NCBI GenBank assembly: GCA_964016885.1
Contig: OZ024758.1
Location: forward strand, 30,938,001 to 31,002,000
Direction of reading: 5' to 3'
Source of the DNA: Eledone cirrhosa
Lineage: Eukaryota
DNA: 64,000 nucleotides
The notes under the pieces were generated by a model that was not told where the DNA came from, searched no databases, and saw only the letters and a program-made list of their open reading frames with translations. The translations under genes were made by a program, and so were the position numbers. Of this stretch, positions 41,745 through 55,944 are shown in pieces; the first letter of the stretch is position 1; the number at the start of each line of letters is the position of its first letter.

Positions 41745-42253
41745 GGCTACATATTTTCTTTCTTTGATTCAGATGTAATTTCTATTCTATAATGATTGCA
41801 TATTTAGAAGTGGGAAAATACATGAAGTAGAAGGAGAACTGAGTAAAGAAGAGAAAGCGGGGGGGGGGGGGGGGAGAAAGAACCAATTGCATATAAAGAA
41901 AGATGTATAAGTAATAGAAAGGGCGAGAGAAAAAGAGAGAAATATCTGGACATACATGTTTATATAAGAAATGCATCTTTGGAGAGGAATGAGCCGAGGA
42001 AAGAGAATAGAAAGAAAGAATAATGAAGAGTAAAACAGAATCTTCTGGCATTTAGGAAATAGAATTTTTATCTTGAGTTAACAACAGAATAAGATTTTAT
42101 ATATGTAGGCAGTCGACATATATATTGACAGATGGTAGAAATATACACACGTATGTACACATCTACATCACATTCAATTACATACCTATAAACACACTCA
42201 CACACAAACACACACACACACGCATCTAAATATATGTGTTTCTCTTCCAGTAA

Positions 42254-42285
<32 letters not shown>

Positions 42286-42301
42286 TTATATATATATATA
42301 C

Positions 42302-42607
42302 AATTGTGAGGTTGTTAGTTTGATTGGTGAACCGGGTTTTGCGTTGTGTCCTTGAGCAAAAAAATTTGTTTTAAGTTATTCCAGTTCTCTCAGCTGTAGA
42401 AATGAGTTGTGACGTCACTGGTGCCAAGCTGTATTGGTCATTGCTTTTCCCTTGGTCAACATCGGTGGCGTGGAGAGGAAAGACTGGTATGCATGGCAAC
42501 TACTGGCCCTCCACAAACAATCTTCCCTGGATTTGTGCCCCGGATGGGAACTTTCTAGGTGTAAATCCCATGAATATTTGTGACTGAAGGGTATCTTTAC
42601 CATTTAC

Positions 42608-42612
<5 letters not shown>
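42302..42612 (+). mobile_element. CORE-type SINE (family B)
   Basis: gcgttgtgtccttgagcaa core; homologous to 51930-52140. Confidence 0.8.
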
Positions 42613-42659
<47 letters not shown>

Positions 42660-42664
<5 letters not shown>

Positions 42665-43447
42665 GGAAAAAATAAAACGAAATTTTATTTCTCACTCTTA
42701 GTACGGCTGTTACTTAAATATAAGTATGTATACGTACATACATACATGTATACAGACGTACAGTAGTATGTATATATATAATCATACATGCACACATATA
42801 TATATGTACGTATGGATTCACCGAACATTTATTATATTGCTCGGTGTGTTTGTAAACAAACGTCCCGAATTAAGCCGTACAGTGTCTAGCAACCATCGTT
42901 GCCCTTTTTGTTCAACACTGACAAAGGAACACTGTACTAGTTTCAAGATTATTAGCTATCGTCAGCACCGTATACTTTCCTGCCAGATGATTGAACGTCT
43001 GAAAGTATATACTTTCCTTATGCATATTAACGGCTGAGCAGTCTAATTTGCATATCGAGTGAGTTAATCGGCCGGGCGCACCGAAAACGATAAATGGAAA
43101 AAATGATACGATGGTTGTTGAACACTGTACGACTTAAAACCGAGCATTATAATAAATGTTTCTACTTTAGGCACAAGGCCAGCAATTACCCAGTACATTA
43201 CTGGTACTTTATTTTATCGACCCCGTAAGGATGAAACGCCGAGGTTGACTTTGCCTTTCATCCTTACGGGGTCGATAAAATAAAGTACCAGTAATGTACT
43301 GGGTAATTGCTGGCCTTGTGCCTAAAGTAGAAACAATTATAATAAATGTTCAGTAAACCCATACTTACATATATATATGTGTGCATGTATGTATATATAT
43401 ACATACTACTGTACGTCTGTATACATATATGTATGTACGTATATATA

Positions 43448-43450
<3 letters not shown>
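42660..43450. mobile_element. ctag-HHR retrozyme-like family: full monomer on minus plus a partial inverted arm containing a SINE; HHR at 42930-42970 (-)
   Basis: aaatggaaaaaat at 42661 and 43092 (period about 431). Confidence 0.85.
43157..43336. mobile_element. Palindromic family-A SINE insertion with a 15-bp TSD
   Basis: Two 3' halves facing outward; attataataaatgtt at both ends. Confidence 0.88.
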
Positions 43451-43501
<51 letters not shown>

Positions 43502-43591
43502 TTTTGAGTACCTTACTTACTGTGGTTACCTCGGATTCAACCCGGAATAACTTATATATATATATATAATATATATATATATTATATCTAT

Positions 43592-43782
43592 AAGGGCAGT
43601 GGATTGGCAGTATCGGTAGAGGGTCGGACGCCATGCTTTCCAGCATAGTTACGTCCCTTTACGATCTGAGTTCAAATCCCGCCGAGGTTGACTTTGCCTT
43701 TCATCCTTACGGGGTCGATAAAATAAAGTACCAGTAATGCACTGGGTAATTGCTGGCCTGGTGCCTAAAGTAGAAACAATTA
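43592..43782 (+). mobile_element. Full-length family-A SINE
   Basis: Homology to 3216-3412. Confidence 0.9.
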
Positions 43783-43848
43783 TATCTATATATATACACA
43801 TACACACACATATACACACACATATATATATATACAATATATGTGTAC

Positions 43849-43884
<36 letters not shown>

Positions 43885-43886
<2 letters not shown>

Positions 43887-44056
43887 CGAAGGAAATGTAA
43901 TAAGGAACCAGGTGGACCATAACGCACCAAAGTACTCAATACTTAGGGTAGTAGAGTGGGTAATATGATTTTTTTTTTCTTCTTTTTTTTTTTTTTAGTC
44001 CAGAATTATCCGTCGAAACGGCTTGAGCTCAGCCGTCGGGGTCCTACTCGTTCCTA
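43885..44056 (-). mobile_element. gagctc-family element with one hairpin arm replaced by a T-tract
   Basis: Tail and right arm match 20695-20886. Confidence 0.8.
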
Positions 44057-45334
44057 TATATATATATATCGACAGTCGTCGATCGACTTTCGTCAAATCG
44101 GACCGAGCAAACAATGTTTATCTATCGATACGTACATACACAAGCATACGCGAAAACACTAGCCATAGATATACAAATACAAGCACGTACACAAAAAAAA
44201 ACCAAAAAAAAACCACACGCACATACAGAACCCACGCAACGCCTGTACCCGCACACATACGAATGTTTATACCACATACACATAAAAATATATATTAAAA
44301 AAAAATATATATATGTGTGTGTGTGTGTGCGTGTATACATATAATTAGATAAACGTATATAAATAAATAAATACGTGTATAACGCGCGCACACACATACC
44401 TACATACACATATGTTCGGAGACGTGCGTCAACCAAAACACAAAGTACACATATACACACACCCTACATAGGTACGAACCTGCATACTCACACAGACGCA
44501 AAACTCGCGTATACACATAACGGTTCTTATATATTTGATATATATTTATCCTTATCGAGCCCTCTTTGGATTTTAGTCTTCAAATTTATTATTATTATAT
44601 ATATATATATATTTAATACAATAACAGAGATAGTTTAAAGCTAAACTCTGACTGGTAACCATCTCACTCAACAAACATTAGGTTATATTTAAATATAAAC
44701 CCAATTTAAGTGTTTGGGGTGCTAACAATATGTATAATGTGGAAAAACCAGTTGTATTATTTTATGAGATATAATTAAAGTTAAAGTATATCTCTCTTTC
44801 CAAACAATTGTTTCATTATAAGTTTTCTACAAGTTTGGGAGAATGTTTCCAGTTTATGTAGAAGCCTAATATATATTCTTGTAAGAATATATTTAGGTGG
44901 GCACTTATAAATCATCAGTAGAAGCCCTTTAAACATTGATATAAGAAAACAATTTCTTACCGCTGTCAAAAATCATGTCCGTAAAGTTGCTCTACCTCAC
45001 CTCGAATGACCGCCAAATTTGAAATTCCAGCAGCTTTTGACTGAGGAAGTATCATAGCGACACGAAGCGGGAAGGTGAGACAACCCACGATCCACGAAAT
45101 GAGGAAAAAAAATAATATACACGCGGGTTAATTAGTTTTTTTGAAAACATTATCAATCCAACGTGTTTAAGAACTCAATTGAAAATAAAAAATAAATCTA
45201 TGCTTGTATAAATTACACACGCATATAGATATTTTCTTAGGCTAAATCAAAAGTTGTACCCGAATAAGAACCGCTTCTCATAACCGCAGTAAATGCAGAA
45301 AGTTAAGCTATAAAGGGCAAATGGGAATATAATT

Positions 45335-45700
45335 AAAAGATGGTTAAAAGAGTTCCATATATTTTATTATGCGCATTTCGATACACAAAATCATCCTGGG
45401 GCAAAAATTGTGTTCTCATCAGTTAAAATAAGATAACATGAGGCATAATACCACTTGGTTACAGAAAGGTGTTAAGTCTACTTATGATTAGTACTTTCCT
45501 GTAAACAAGTGGTATTATGCCTAATTGTTGTCCCAGGATGATTTTGTATTCGAAATGCGGATAATAAAATATATGGAACTATTTTAACCATCTTTGAATT
45601 TCTTCTTCATTATATATACTCCAGTTCTATCAAATGTTGAGTGCTACTTATCTGATATATGCATAGTTTTATTGTTCTACAATTTCACTCACCTTCTACA
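45335..45700. mobile_element. Fold-back tgcgca-family element; HHR at 45360-45430 (-)
   Basis: tattttaa-CTGATGA-gaacacaa..ttgtgtatc-GAAA-tgcgca-TA-ataaaata; the plus arm lacks the core. Confidence 0.8.
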
Positions 45701-45703
45701 TAC

Positions 45704-45819
<116 letters not shown>

Positions 45820-46164
45820 GCTAGTAGAGGGGTTCCTTCTTTCTCACACCGCATTCACGGCGTACGGCCTGCTTCTCTGACCGCTCATGAAATTCACCCA
45901 GCTTATGCTGATCGGATAACTATCATGATTGCTTGCTGTTTTCCCAACCTTCGGTTTGCTTTTCCTTCTGTTGTTTACTTGTCTCACTCGTTTTACGCGT
46001 TTCACTTGTCCCAATAGCTTATTTTAGTTATTGCTCGCACCAACCTGAGGTATCTGATTTTTAATGCGATGAAATACCAATGATGGTTGGCAAATCACTG
46101 ATGAGGGACTAATTTTATAATATGTAATCCATGTGCAACCATGCAGTATTCTTCTCCCCATGTT

Positions 46165-46212
<48 letters not shown>

Positions 46213-46215
<3 letters not shown>

Positions 46216-46632
46216 TTATTCAAAATATTAATAAATGAAAAATATTCTCATAATCAAAATATATATTTTATTATACATATTTCAAAGGTACAATGGTGTT
46301 AAAGTACGTTTTCATCAGACAAAATATAAGATTTGATATGTGACATACCGCTACGGTTTGGATTATTCAATTCCAGTATTGGCAATTGAATAATCAAAAC
46401 TGTAGCGGTATGTCGCATATCAAATATTATATTTTGTCTGATGAAAACGTACTTAAACACCATTGTACCTTTGAAATATGTATAATAAAATATATATTTT
46501 GATTATGAGAACATTTTTCATTTGTTAACATTTTGAATAATATTAAATACTCCAGGAAAATATCTGTCGAGTGTTTCTAATTTATTGTAAAATTGTATGA
46601 GTAATCAACGAACCATATTAATCTTTGGTTAT
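46213..46632. mobile_element. Fold-back HHR element; HHRs at 46264-46326 (-) and 46430-46492 (+)
   Basis: Arms about 46213-46373 and 46384-46543; homologous to 36420-36570. Confidence 0.87.
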
Positions 46633-46797
46633 ATATATACACATATATGTATACATACATAGACAAATTTTAATATATATAAATAAATATATGTATATGT
46701 GTGTGTGTGTGAGTGTGTGTATAAAATTAAAATTTTAATGCAATAGAGTTATATGTAGTGTCTACGTATGCATACTTACATAAACATACATACATGC

Positions 46798-46858
<61 letters not shown>

Positions 46859-46860
46859 TA

Positions 46861-47390
46861 TAAATGGAAAAAATTAATTTCATTTCACACCCTTCGTACG
46901 GCTAATACTTAAATATAAGTATGTACACGTAAATACATATATGTATACAGACGTACAGTAGTATGTGTATATATACATACATGCACACATATATATATGT
47001 ACGTATGGGTTTACCGAACGTTTATTATAATGCTCGGTTTGTTTGTAAACAAACAGTCCGAATTATTAGGCTGCTCAGCCGTTAATATACATAAGGAAAG
47101 TATATGCTTTCAAACGTTCAATCGGCTGAAAAGAAGGTATACGATGCTGATGACAGCTAATAAGCTAGAAACTAGTTCATCGTTCCTTTGTCAGTGTTGA
47201 ACAAAAGGGAAACGATGGTTGCTGAACACTGTACGGCTAATAATTCGGGCTGTTTGTTTACAAACAAACCCCGAGCATTATAATAAATGTTCCGTAAACC
47301 CTTATGTACATATATATATATGTGTGCATGTATGTATATACATACTACTGTACGTCTGTATACATATATGTATGTACGTGTACATAGTTA
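46861..47390. mobile_element. ctag-HHR family, inverted arrangement of two partial monomers
   Basis: 46861-47068 on minus, 47065-47390 on plus. Confidence 0.85.
47142..47182 (+). ncRNA. Minimal type I hammerhead ribozyme
   Basis: cgatg-CTGATGA-c-agct aata agct-a-GAAA-ctag-TT-catcg. Confidence 0.87.
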
Positions 47391-47399
47391 TATTTACAA

Positions 47400-47484
<85 letters not shown>

Positions 47485-47500
47485 GTGTATATGTATATAA

Positions 47501-47550
<50 letters not shown>

Positions 47551-47552
<2 letters not shown>

Positions 47553-48000
47553 GATATTAACAAATGGAAACTATATTTATAAAACCATAATTATTTTATT
47601 ATACATATTTCAAGGACACCACGTTAAATTATGGTGTGCTTTCATCAGACAAAATACAATATAGATCAGTTTTATAAATAAATATTGACATACCCTTAAA
47701 AAATGCAACCATTACTGTTGGAAGCTCCCGGAGCTTCCAACAGTAATGGTTGCATTTTTTAAGGGTATGTCAATATTTATTTATAAAACTGATCTATATT
47801 GTATTTTGTCTGATGAAAGCACACCATAATTTAACGTGGTGTCCTTGAAATATGTATAATAAAATAATTATGGTTTTATAAATATAGTTTCCATTTGTTA
47901 ATATCGTATATTTACTCCAAATACTTGTTGAGTGCTTTATATCAGTTATAAAAATATTTGCTTGTTGTATCCCAACAATTTAAATAGAACTTTTGCATAC
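47551..48000. mobile_element. Perfect fold-back HHR element; HHRs at 47592-47656 (-) and 47802-47866 (+)
   Basis: Arms about 47549-47728 and 47730-47909 centred on ctcccggag; tattttgt-CTGATGA-aagcacacca..tggtgtcctt-GAAA-tatgta-TA-ataaaata. Confidence 0.9.
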
Positions 48001-48004
48001 ATTT

Positions 48005-48742
<738 letters not shown>

Positions 48743-50289
48743 TTTTACACATTTTTAATTATACACGTATATATGTTTGTGAGTCTATGTGTTTTTGTGT
48801 TAAAGGGATAAATATTATGATCGTACTTTTCAATGTCCTGTTATTAAACAATCTCTAAAGAAGATCAAAAGAAGTTTGTTTGTTTTGAATCTTCTCTTTT
48901 TTTCTTTCCCGTTTTCCGCCTCACTTCTTCCCTCTCTTCTCTTTCTTCTATTCTCACAATATAATAAACGTCTGAAGAGAAAGATTTCGGATTTCGGCTT
49001 TGTTATCATTATTAGTATTTTTTGAACTAGTGATGGAAATTTGTTAGTTTCTTTCTTTTGCCATATTCATTCGAATTAGTCTGGAAAGTTTTCGTTTCAT
49101 TAATCAACAAGGGAGTTTTCTTCTATGTAGCATAACATTTTTGCACCTCTTAACTCTAATATCTCAATGTTTCCAAATAGATTATATCAAGTTTTTATCT
49201 TGTACGTCTATTGGCTCACGTAGAGATATTTTTAGACGATATACGCTGTTGGCAATGGAAGTGAAGAAATACTGACATAATATTTCCGTTAGACTATAGA
49301 CAAACATTAAATCATATGGAATTTCTTCACAGGATGTCCAGTTTCTTTAAGTTATATAATTCAAGCTCTCTAAATATAAGTACAAAAATACATTAAGGGA
49401 ACCTACTCAGTGAAACTATTCGGATTTCCGTTCATACGACTTAAAGATTTTCTTAGTGGAGTGTCTCATTAAATTTAATCAGAACGTTTCAAAGAAAATC
49501 GTTTTTATTGACTTACAAGGCAGCGATCGCTTAGTCGCATTTATGTAAGAATTTTTCAAACTTATAATTGATTTGCAAACGTAAGTACCCGGTGTCTCTC
49601 TAATGTGAATTACTATATAGTTAAACTACCTTTATCTTCTAAGTTACTAACTTACTTTCTGGTCTACTAAGACGAACATACGAGGGGTATTAGATTTATA
49701 CCGATAGAGAAATTCAATCATCAACTAACCTTTTTAAATGTTATAGAATGTTACTTTAAAATGTTAGATAATTTGTTTACTTCAATGTTTCAGTAAATTC
49801 GTGTGTTATGCAAACTGATGCCACAGTTGTCCATATTTAAAAGCTCAGGTGGTTATTACACTTCTAATAATGGCTTTTATAGTTAAGTTAAATCATTAGC
49901 ACTTCGTAAATATATTCTCTTACACAGATAATGCAGACGCTGCAGAATGGTGGTAATTCATGATTCTATTACATACCCACACTCGGGTTGCTAACCGTTC
50001 ATATTTATGCAGAATTGCGAGACGAGATGAGTAGAATCCGAAACCGCATAGATAACGAAATGTTCCTAGCTTGTACGCAGGCCAAGAATAATTTACCAAG
50101 TTTTCTCGGCCTCATAATCTCAAGTAAGAAAAATGTCTTAAATCAGAACTATTAAATCTTTTAGTGTGGTTTTTCTAATACCATCAAATGTTAATAATGG
50201 GAAGTTTAATGAACAGATCTGAAACTGTCACCAGCTGCGGACGTATTTGATATGAGATATTACTGCTGCTCATATATTTACCAAATGCA

Positions 50290-51010
50290 AAAGTCGACTG
50301 AAAAGTTCATAAGCTGACCAAGATACTCCTATGAAATCGCCAAATGAGGTTTATTTTTCAACATAGCCTTGATGATTTAGTAATAAGAAGCGTTGAAATT
50401 AATGCATGCAATATTTCACAGCTCTAGCATCAATCCTTCATAGTCATATGGCTGGTTGTGGGCAAACATATATAATGTAGTAAGTTGAAAATAATGTTTA
50501 ATCAATTGAAATCATAACCCTAATGTGAATAGCAATCATTAACGCTAGTGAGAATTATTGTCCAGAAAGGCAAAAGTGAAGGCTCCGAAATTTGAATTGA
50601 TTAAAAATTAAATGGAGAGGAATTCTAATATTTGGTTGGCAGTTTGAAAATTGTGAACTTGTTGAGGAAATATATTCTAACTTTAGGAAATAGAGTCTAA
50701 TTTATCAGATTGAATAATAGGATATATATTTTTGTGTGAAAATTATTCACTGTTCAGACAATTCAAAATGAGATCATACTCATTCGTTCAAGTACTTTAG
50801 TGTTGCATTATCTTCAAAACGCCATATTTCTAATCCCTAAAATGGTTACGAAAACAAAATTTGATAAGATACTAATTTAGAAAACAAAAATGAAAAGGGA
50901 ATTTTAACTATACATGCAAAATAAAACATAGTTGGTTCAAATACGAGAGTCAGCTGAAAGGTTCATAAGCTGATTATGAAGGATTGATGCTAGGACTGTG
51001 AAATCTTGCC
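50290..51010. mobile_element. Mariner-like MITE/TIR remnants (50290-50455 and 50941-51010)
   Basis: TA-cgagagtcagctgaaaggttcataagctga terminus; ctgaaaagttcataagctga; inverted shared block atgaaggattgatgctag. Confidence 0.45.
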
Positions 51011-51929
51011 TATGTTTTTTTCTTCGGTCGTCTCCTTGCAGTTATTCAAGAGAATCGTTACACTGATCATCTTCACCTATATTATGTTATACATGAGGGA
51101 CGTACACACAGCCTTTTCCTATAGAGAAATCCATTAGCAGAATGTAAATCTATTTGACGGGAAACGAATTCTTTTATTAACTGCTTTGAACTATCTTGAA
51201 AAACTTCAAATATTAAATTTGAATGCCCATAATCTTTTAAGTTAAACAAAACAAAATAACAAATCTGTCTCTCATTGAAAAATTATAATGCGCTTTTATA
51301 TCTGTTCTCTGGACCTAAGATTTGCTACATAAAAACATCTGCCTGCCAAATAAGTCTTGGGAGATTTGTAATATGAGCTATCAGATCAGAAAAGCAAATT
51401 CAAATATTTTGAAGAATCTAAAGGTTATTCCAGTACAAATAATTTATAGAAAATAATATCATTTATGTTTTTAATTCCACATTACAATGTAACATCTGAT
51501 CGTATATTTAGTTTAATGCTTGACGCAAAGAAAGTAAAATTTGTAAGCTGAGTTAATGACCGAAAGAAATTACAGGAGTTGTAGTTTTTACTACAAATGT
51601 TTGAAAAGTATATGTGGGCTTTGAATACGAAAGGAAGTATAGTCAACTGAACAGTGTCTGTAGTATATATTGGAGTAAAACAAATCAGTGGTGTAATAAA
51701 CTTCTTAATGAATACTAATTCAGTTATGCCACTAAAGCTAATGTGAATGAAAACAACATCTTAACAGATCCTTTTCCGTAGCCTTAAAATATAGGAACTT
51801 GTTCTTAGTCAAATGATTCTTTTATTTTAGGGACATAAGTTCTTATCAGAAGGTTTTGTCTTCCTTTTCTTGAGCCATCCTTCTTTCGAAGGTGAAGCAT
51901 TCATTTTGCTTTTTCTAAGTATGGACATC

Positions 51930-52140
51930 CACACCACCGATGTTGTCCAAGGGAAAGGCAATGGCTGATACAGCTTAGCACCAGTGACATCGCAACTCAT
52001 TTTACAGTTGAATAAACTGGAGCAATGTGAAATAAAGTGTCTTGCTCAAGGACACAACGCATCACCCGGTCCGAGCATCGAACTCACAATCTCCCGATTG
52101 CAAGCCCAGCGCTCGAACCACTAAGTCATACGCCTTCACT
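51930..52140 (-). mobile_element. CORE-type SINE (family B)
   Basis: gtgaaataaagtgtcttgctcaaggacacaacgc plus tRNA-like head. Confidence 0.88.
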
Positions 52141-52308
52141 AAGATTGTATGGTAGACACTAAATAGTGCTAGGCGAAAGATCATAAAGTATTGAGTTTCT
52201 CTGAATTCAAATCCTTCTGATATCAACAACAATAGTACCAGTCATACAATGGGGGTTATTCAATCCATTATACACATCAAATACAAGTGTTTAGGTTTAG
52301 TTAATGTA

Positions 52309-52401
<93 letters not shown>

Positions 52402-52838
52402 TTGAATATATGTATGTATATATCTTATACAAAACCACTGAGGGTTAGATTCATTAAAATAATCTAAAAAGAACACTTCACAAGCATGTTTCCCTGCAGA
52501 AAGGGAACTTAGTGAAGCCATCTAGCTTTAGGCTGCTTGACTAGGAATATGTCCCTAGGGAACGATGCTTGTTAAGTGTTATTTCTAGATTGCTATGTGG
52601 CGATTTGCCCCTCAGCCATTTTTGTATAAGATGTTCCGTATGTATTTCCTTCTCTGAATAAAATTATTTGAGCGAGATCTCTTCATTGAGATGTTATGTA
52701 TATTCGTGACAAATGTACTTATGTATGATATATATATATATATGTGTGTGTGCGTGTGTGTCTGTGTGTGTCTTGAGTGTATATAATTTTATAATATGTA
52801 TTCCATGTGCAACCATGCAGTATTCTTCTCCCCATGTT

Positions 52839-52887
<49 letters not shown>

Positions 52888-53269
52888 TACATAAACACAC
52901 ACACATACGTACATACAATCATGTATTTGTTTTGTCTTTATGAAATCTGCTAGCTTAATTTATGAAATATTTATCTCAATACTGATGCCATACTTTTCAA
53001 AATATTTCCCCCTCAGTTGATTAGTTTAAATACTGACTGACGTAGAATGTCTGCATTGTTGTATAATCCCATTATTTCTTTCACGTGATTGAAAATCCCT
53101 TAAAATTTAAAAAGATTCTGTCTAGCAACCAAACAATCTTATTGGCAAATTAGTATTCAAATATTTCTTTTTCCTGAAAAAATGGGTTCCAAATTTTAAC
53201 ATTGAATCTCAATATGACCAAGTTGTCTGCAAATTCCAGTCAACTGATCTTACTCTTACCAGTCTTGAC

Positions 53270-53655
53270 ACCACTTCCAGATTGGTCGAACAGAATATAT
53301 CTGTTGATCTAAAGTTGGGTTCCAGCTAAGCCCCCAAAGTCCGCCCTTGTCTCTACTTTGGACGCTTTTACTGTCTTTACCGCGAATATTTGCACCTGAT
53401 TGTATCGCAAGTGCAAGAAGGAGGACTTATTTCCAGCCTGTGCTTTGTCAGATTCGTTCTTTGCTTGCTCTGATGGCATCTTTAACTCCCCAATTGAACC
53501 AATGATTCATTCTGCCATCCTGCGCCATATGAAGCTGCTTTCAATCGCAGAATTTAACAACTGAAGCAGAAACTATCGAGGTGACCTGTCTCCACTCCAT
53601 TTCAAGGTCCTCAATTTAATCGGGGAGTTCTCTGAATTTGGATGTAATGGTATTT
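53270..53655 (-). pseudogene. Decayed RTE/Expander-like LINE EN-RT linker fragment
   Basis: FRELPD*IEDLEMEW..SIVSASVVKFC..W..VKDAI resembles the Expander-type linker. Confidence 0.45.
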
Positions 53656-53659
53656 GCAT

Positions 53660-53800
53660 AGAAGAAGAAGAAGAAGAAGAAGAAGAAGAAGAAGAAGAAG
53701 AAGAAGAAGAAGAAGAAGAAGAAGAAGAAAAAGAAAAAGAAAAAGAAAAAGAAGAAGAAGAAGAAGAAGAAGAAGAAGAAGAAGAAGAAGAAGAAGAAGA
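53660..53800. repeat. (GAA)n microsatellite
   Basis: Direct reading. Confidence 0.98.
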
Positions 53801-54038
53801 ATTTCAATATTGATGCGTGTATCAAAGACAAAGGATCTTCAGGGCAGTATCAGTTCTTTGTTGACAATATTATATTTATTTATATCACTAATTCAATATT
53901 GCCCTTTATTCAAATAAATGGTATATGGTTTAATATTTCTTACTTCCACCGCCATTAAACCATTAAGTTGTTCAAGAAGACAAATTAATTACTATCGCAT
54001 TTCAAAATATTTCTTATTTTATTTATTTAATTTCTTCA

Positions 54039-54453
54039 ACTGATATTTCATGGAATTTAGTTTTAAATCAGAAAAAACAATGGAAATATTAAACACTCAT
54101 GGCATTACCAAGGATCTTAAACGATTTTATTTTTCACAGTCAAAAGTGCAACCTTTTGACGAGAGGAATTTGCAAACCAGTTTCGATTGACTGTGAAAAA
54201 TAAAATCGTTTAAGATCCTTGGTAATGCCATGAGTGTTTAATATTTCCATTGTTCTTTCTGATTTAAAACTAAATTCCATGAAATATCAGTCGAAACGTC
54301 TTGAGCTCAGCCGTCGGGGTCCTACGGCTGAGCTCAAGACGTTTCGACTGATATTTCATGGAATAAATCTTCATGGAATAAATCTTCCTGTTTCCATTTC
54401 ATATATATATATAAATGAAAATATAGAAATTAATGTGAGCAAGGAGCCAACAG

Positions 54454-54526
<73 letters not shown>

Positions 54527-54896
54527 AAGTTAAATAAAAGTCAAATGATTAAAATTTAGCTTCGTTTATTACTGCTATATATATTTCAGTGACAGCCATC
54601 TTTGGCTGTGACCTCTTCAGGCAGTTTGAATTAGTATGGTATAGACAAGTACATATGTTGTTTAGGTGTATGATATTGTCAATACTCTGATATGCCCAGT
54701 TCCTTGTTGGGTTGTTAATTCACTGGGGAACTGGAGTCATATATAGCAGTAATAAACGAAGCTAAATTTTAATCATTTGACTTTTATTTAACTTTATTTT
54801 ACACTACTCCGGAGTAACCAAACCAACCTGCGCACTTCGTCGAGTGCTCCAGCCTGCATACTGAGGTGTTGGTATACAACCAACATAAACTCAAAA

Positions 54897-54956
<60 letters not shown>

Positions 54957-55031
54957 CTGTTGGCTCCTTGCTTACATTAATTTCTATATTTTCATTTATA
55001 TATATATATGAAATGGAAACAGGAAGATTTA
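54039..55031. repeat. Nested inverted repeats and HHR element complex
   Basis: Hairpin 54039-54291, hairpin 54277-54364, inverted pair 54379-54460/54950-55031, inner fold-back element 54521-54898. Confidence 0.85.
54571..54625 (-). ncRNA. Type I hammerhead ribozyme (homolog of 32666-32720)
   Basis: actgc-CTGAAGA-ggtcacagcca aaga tggctgtcact-GAAA-tatata-TA-gcagt. Confidence 0.87.
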
Positions 55032-55944
55032 TCTTTATCCTTCACTTGTCAACAAAGTTTATGTAAATGGACGTCAAGACAGTTGAGTGGCATGAAGTAT
55101 GAATGTGTTAATTTTCTCAAAATGTTTGTTTTATAAAAATAATAAAATACTTTTTCAAAGATATGCAAGAAGGCGTTATAGTGAAGCATTAATGCGGATA
55201 ACAGCTGTAAAGTATCGATTTCTTATATAAATATTGAATTCCTGATCTCGGATATTTTTCTAAAATTATTTTATAATTCAAAAAAGTACGATTATATAAA
55301 GTAGGTTTCTTTTTTTTGTTGTTGTAGTTGTATGTATATATCATTTTTAGGTCGGGGGTTGTCTTGTGATTAAAGAATATTCTAACTGGACAGATGTTTG
55401 ATGGAAGGCAATAAAAAGGAATGAGGAGCAATAATCCTGAAATGAAAATCGAGTTAAAAAGATGTTTAGTATTTATGTCAAAATAACTAAAGATTACTGA
55501 GATATATCATTTGTATACAAAAATAGATGTTTTGATATAACCAACAATACGGATAAAGAGCAGAATTTGAACTTAAAACATTTTTTTCGATATAATAGTG
55601 AAACGTTAAGTACATAAGTTTGCTTTTTCGTTCTCCCTTTGATTTGTGTGAAACGAGAATTGACATATGAAGTAAAATAACATCATTGAGTGGGAGTAAC
55701 ACGATTAACTGAAAATATTCAGGAAAGCAATAAATAATTGTTTCTAAGAGATATGATACTTGCTCGAAAATTCAAATATTTTCATCCATTAGAAAATAAA
55801 AATAATGCAGAGGGTGTAAGGAAGGTAACAAAGACATTTCATCTTATTAGATCTCCCCAGCGAAGATACGTAGGTCATTATTCTCTACCTGTTTGCCGTT
55901 CCAGTAGATTTTAAAGCTTTAGCTACTATGAGAGGAAATAGTAC

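Noticed and set aside
53616-53917. Poly-Arg/poly-Phe ORFs
   Set aside because: (GAA)n microsatellite
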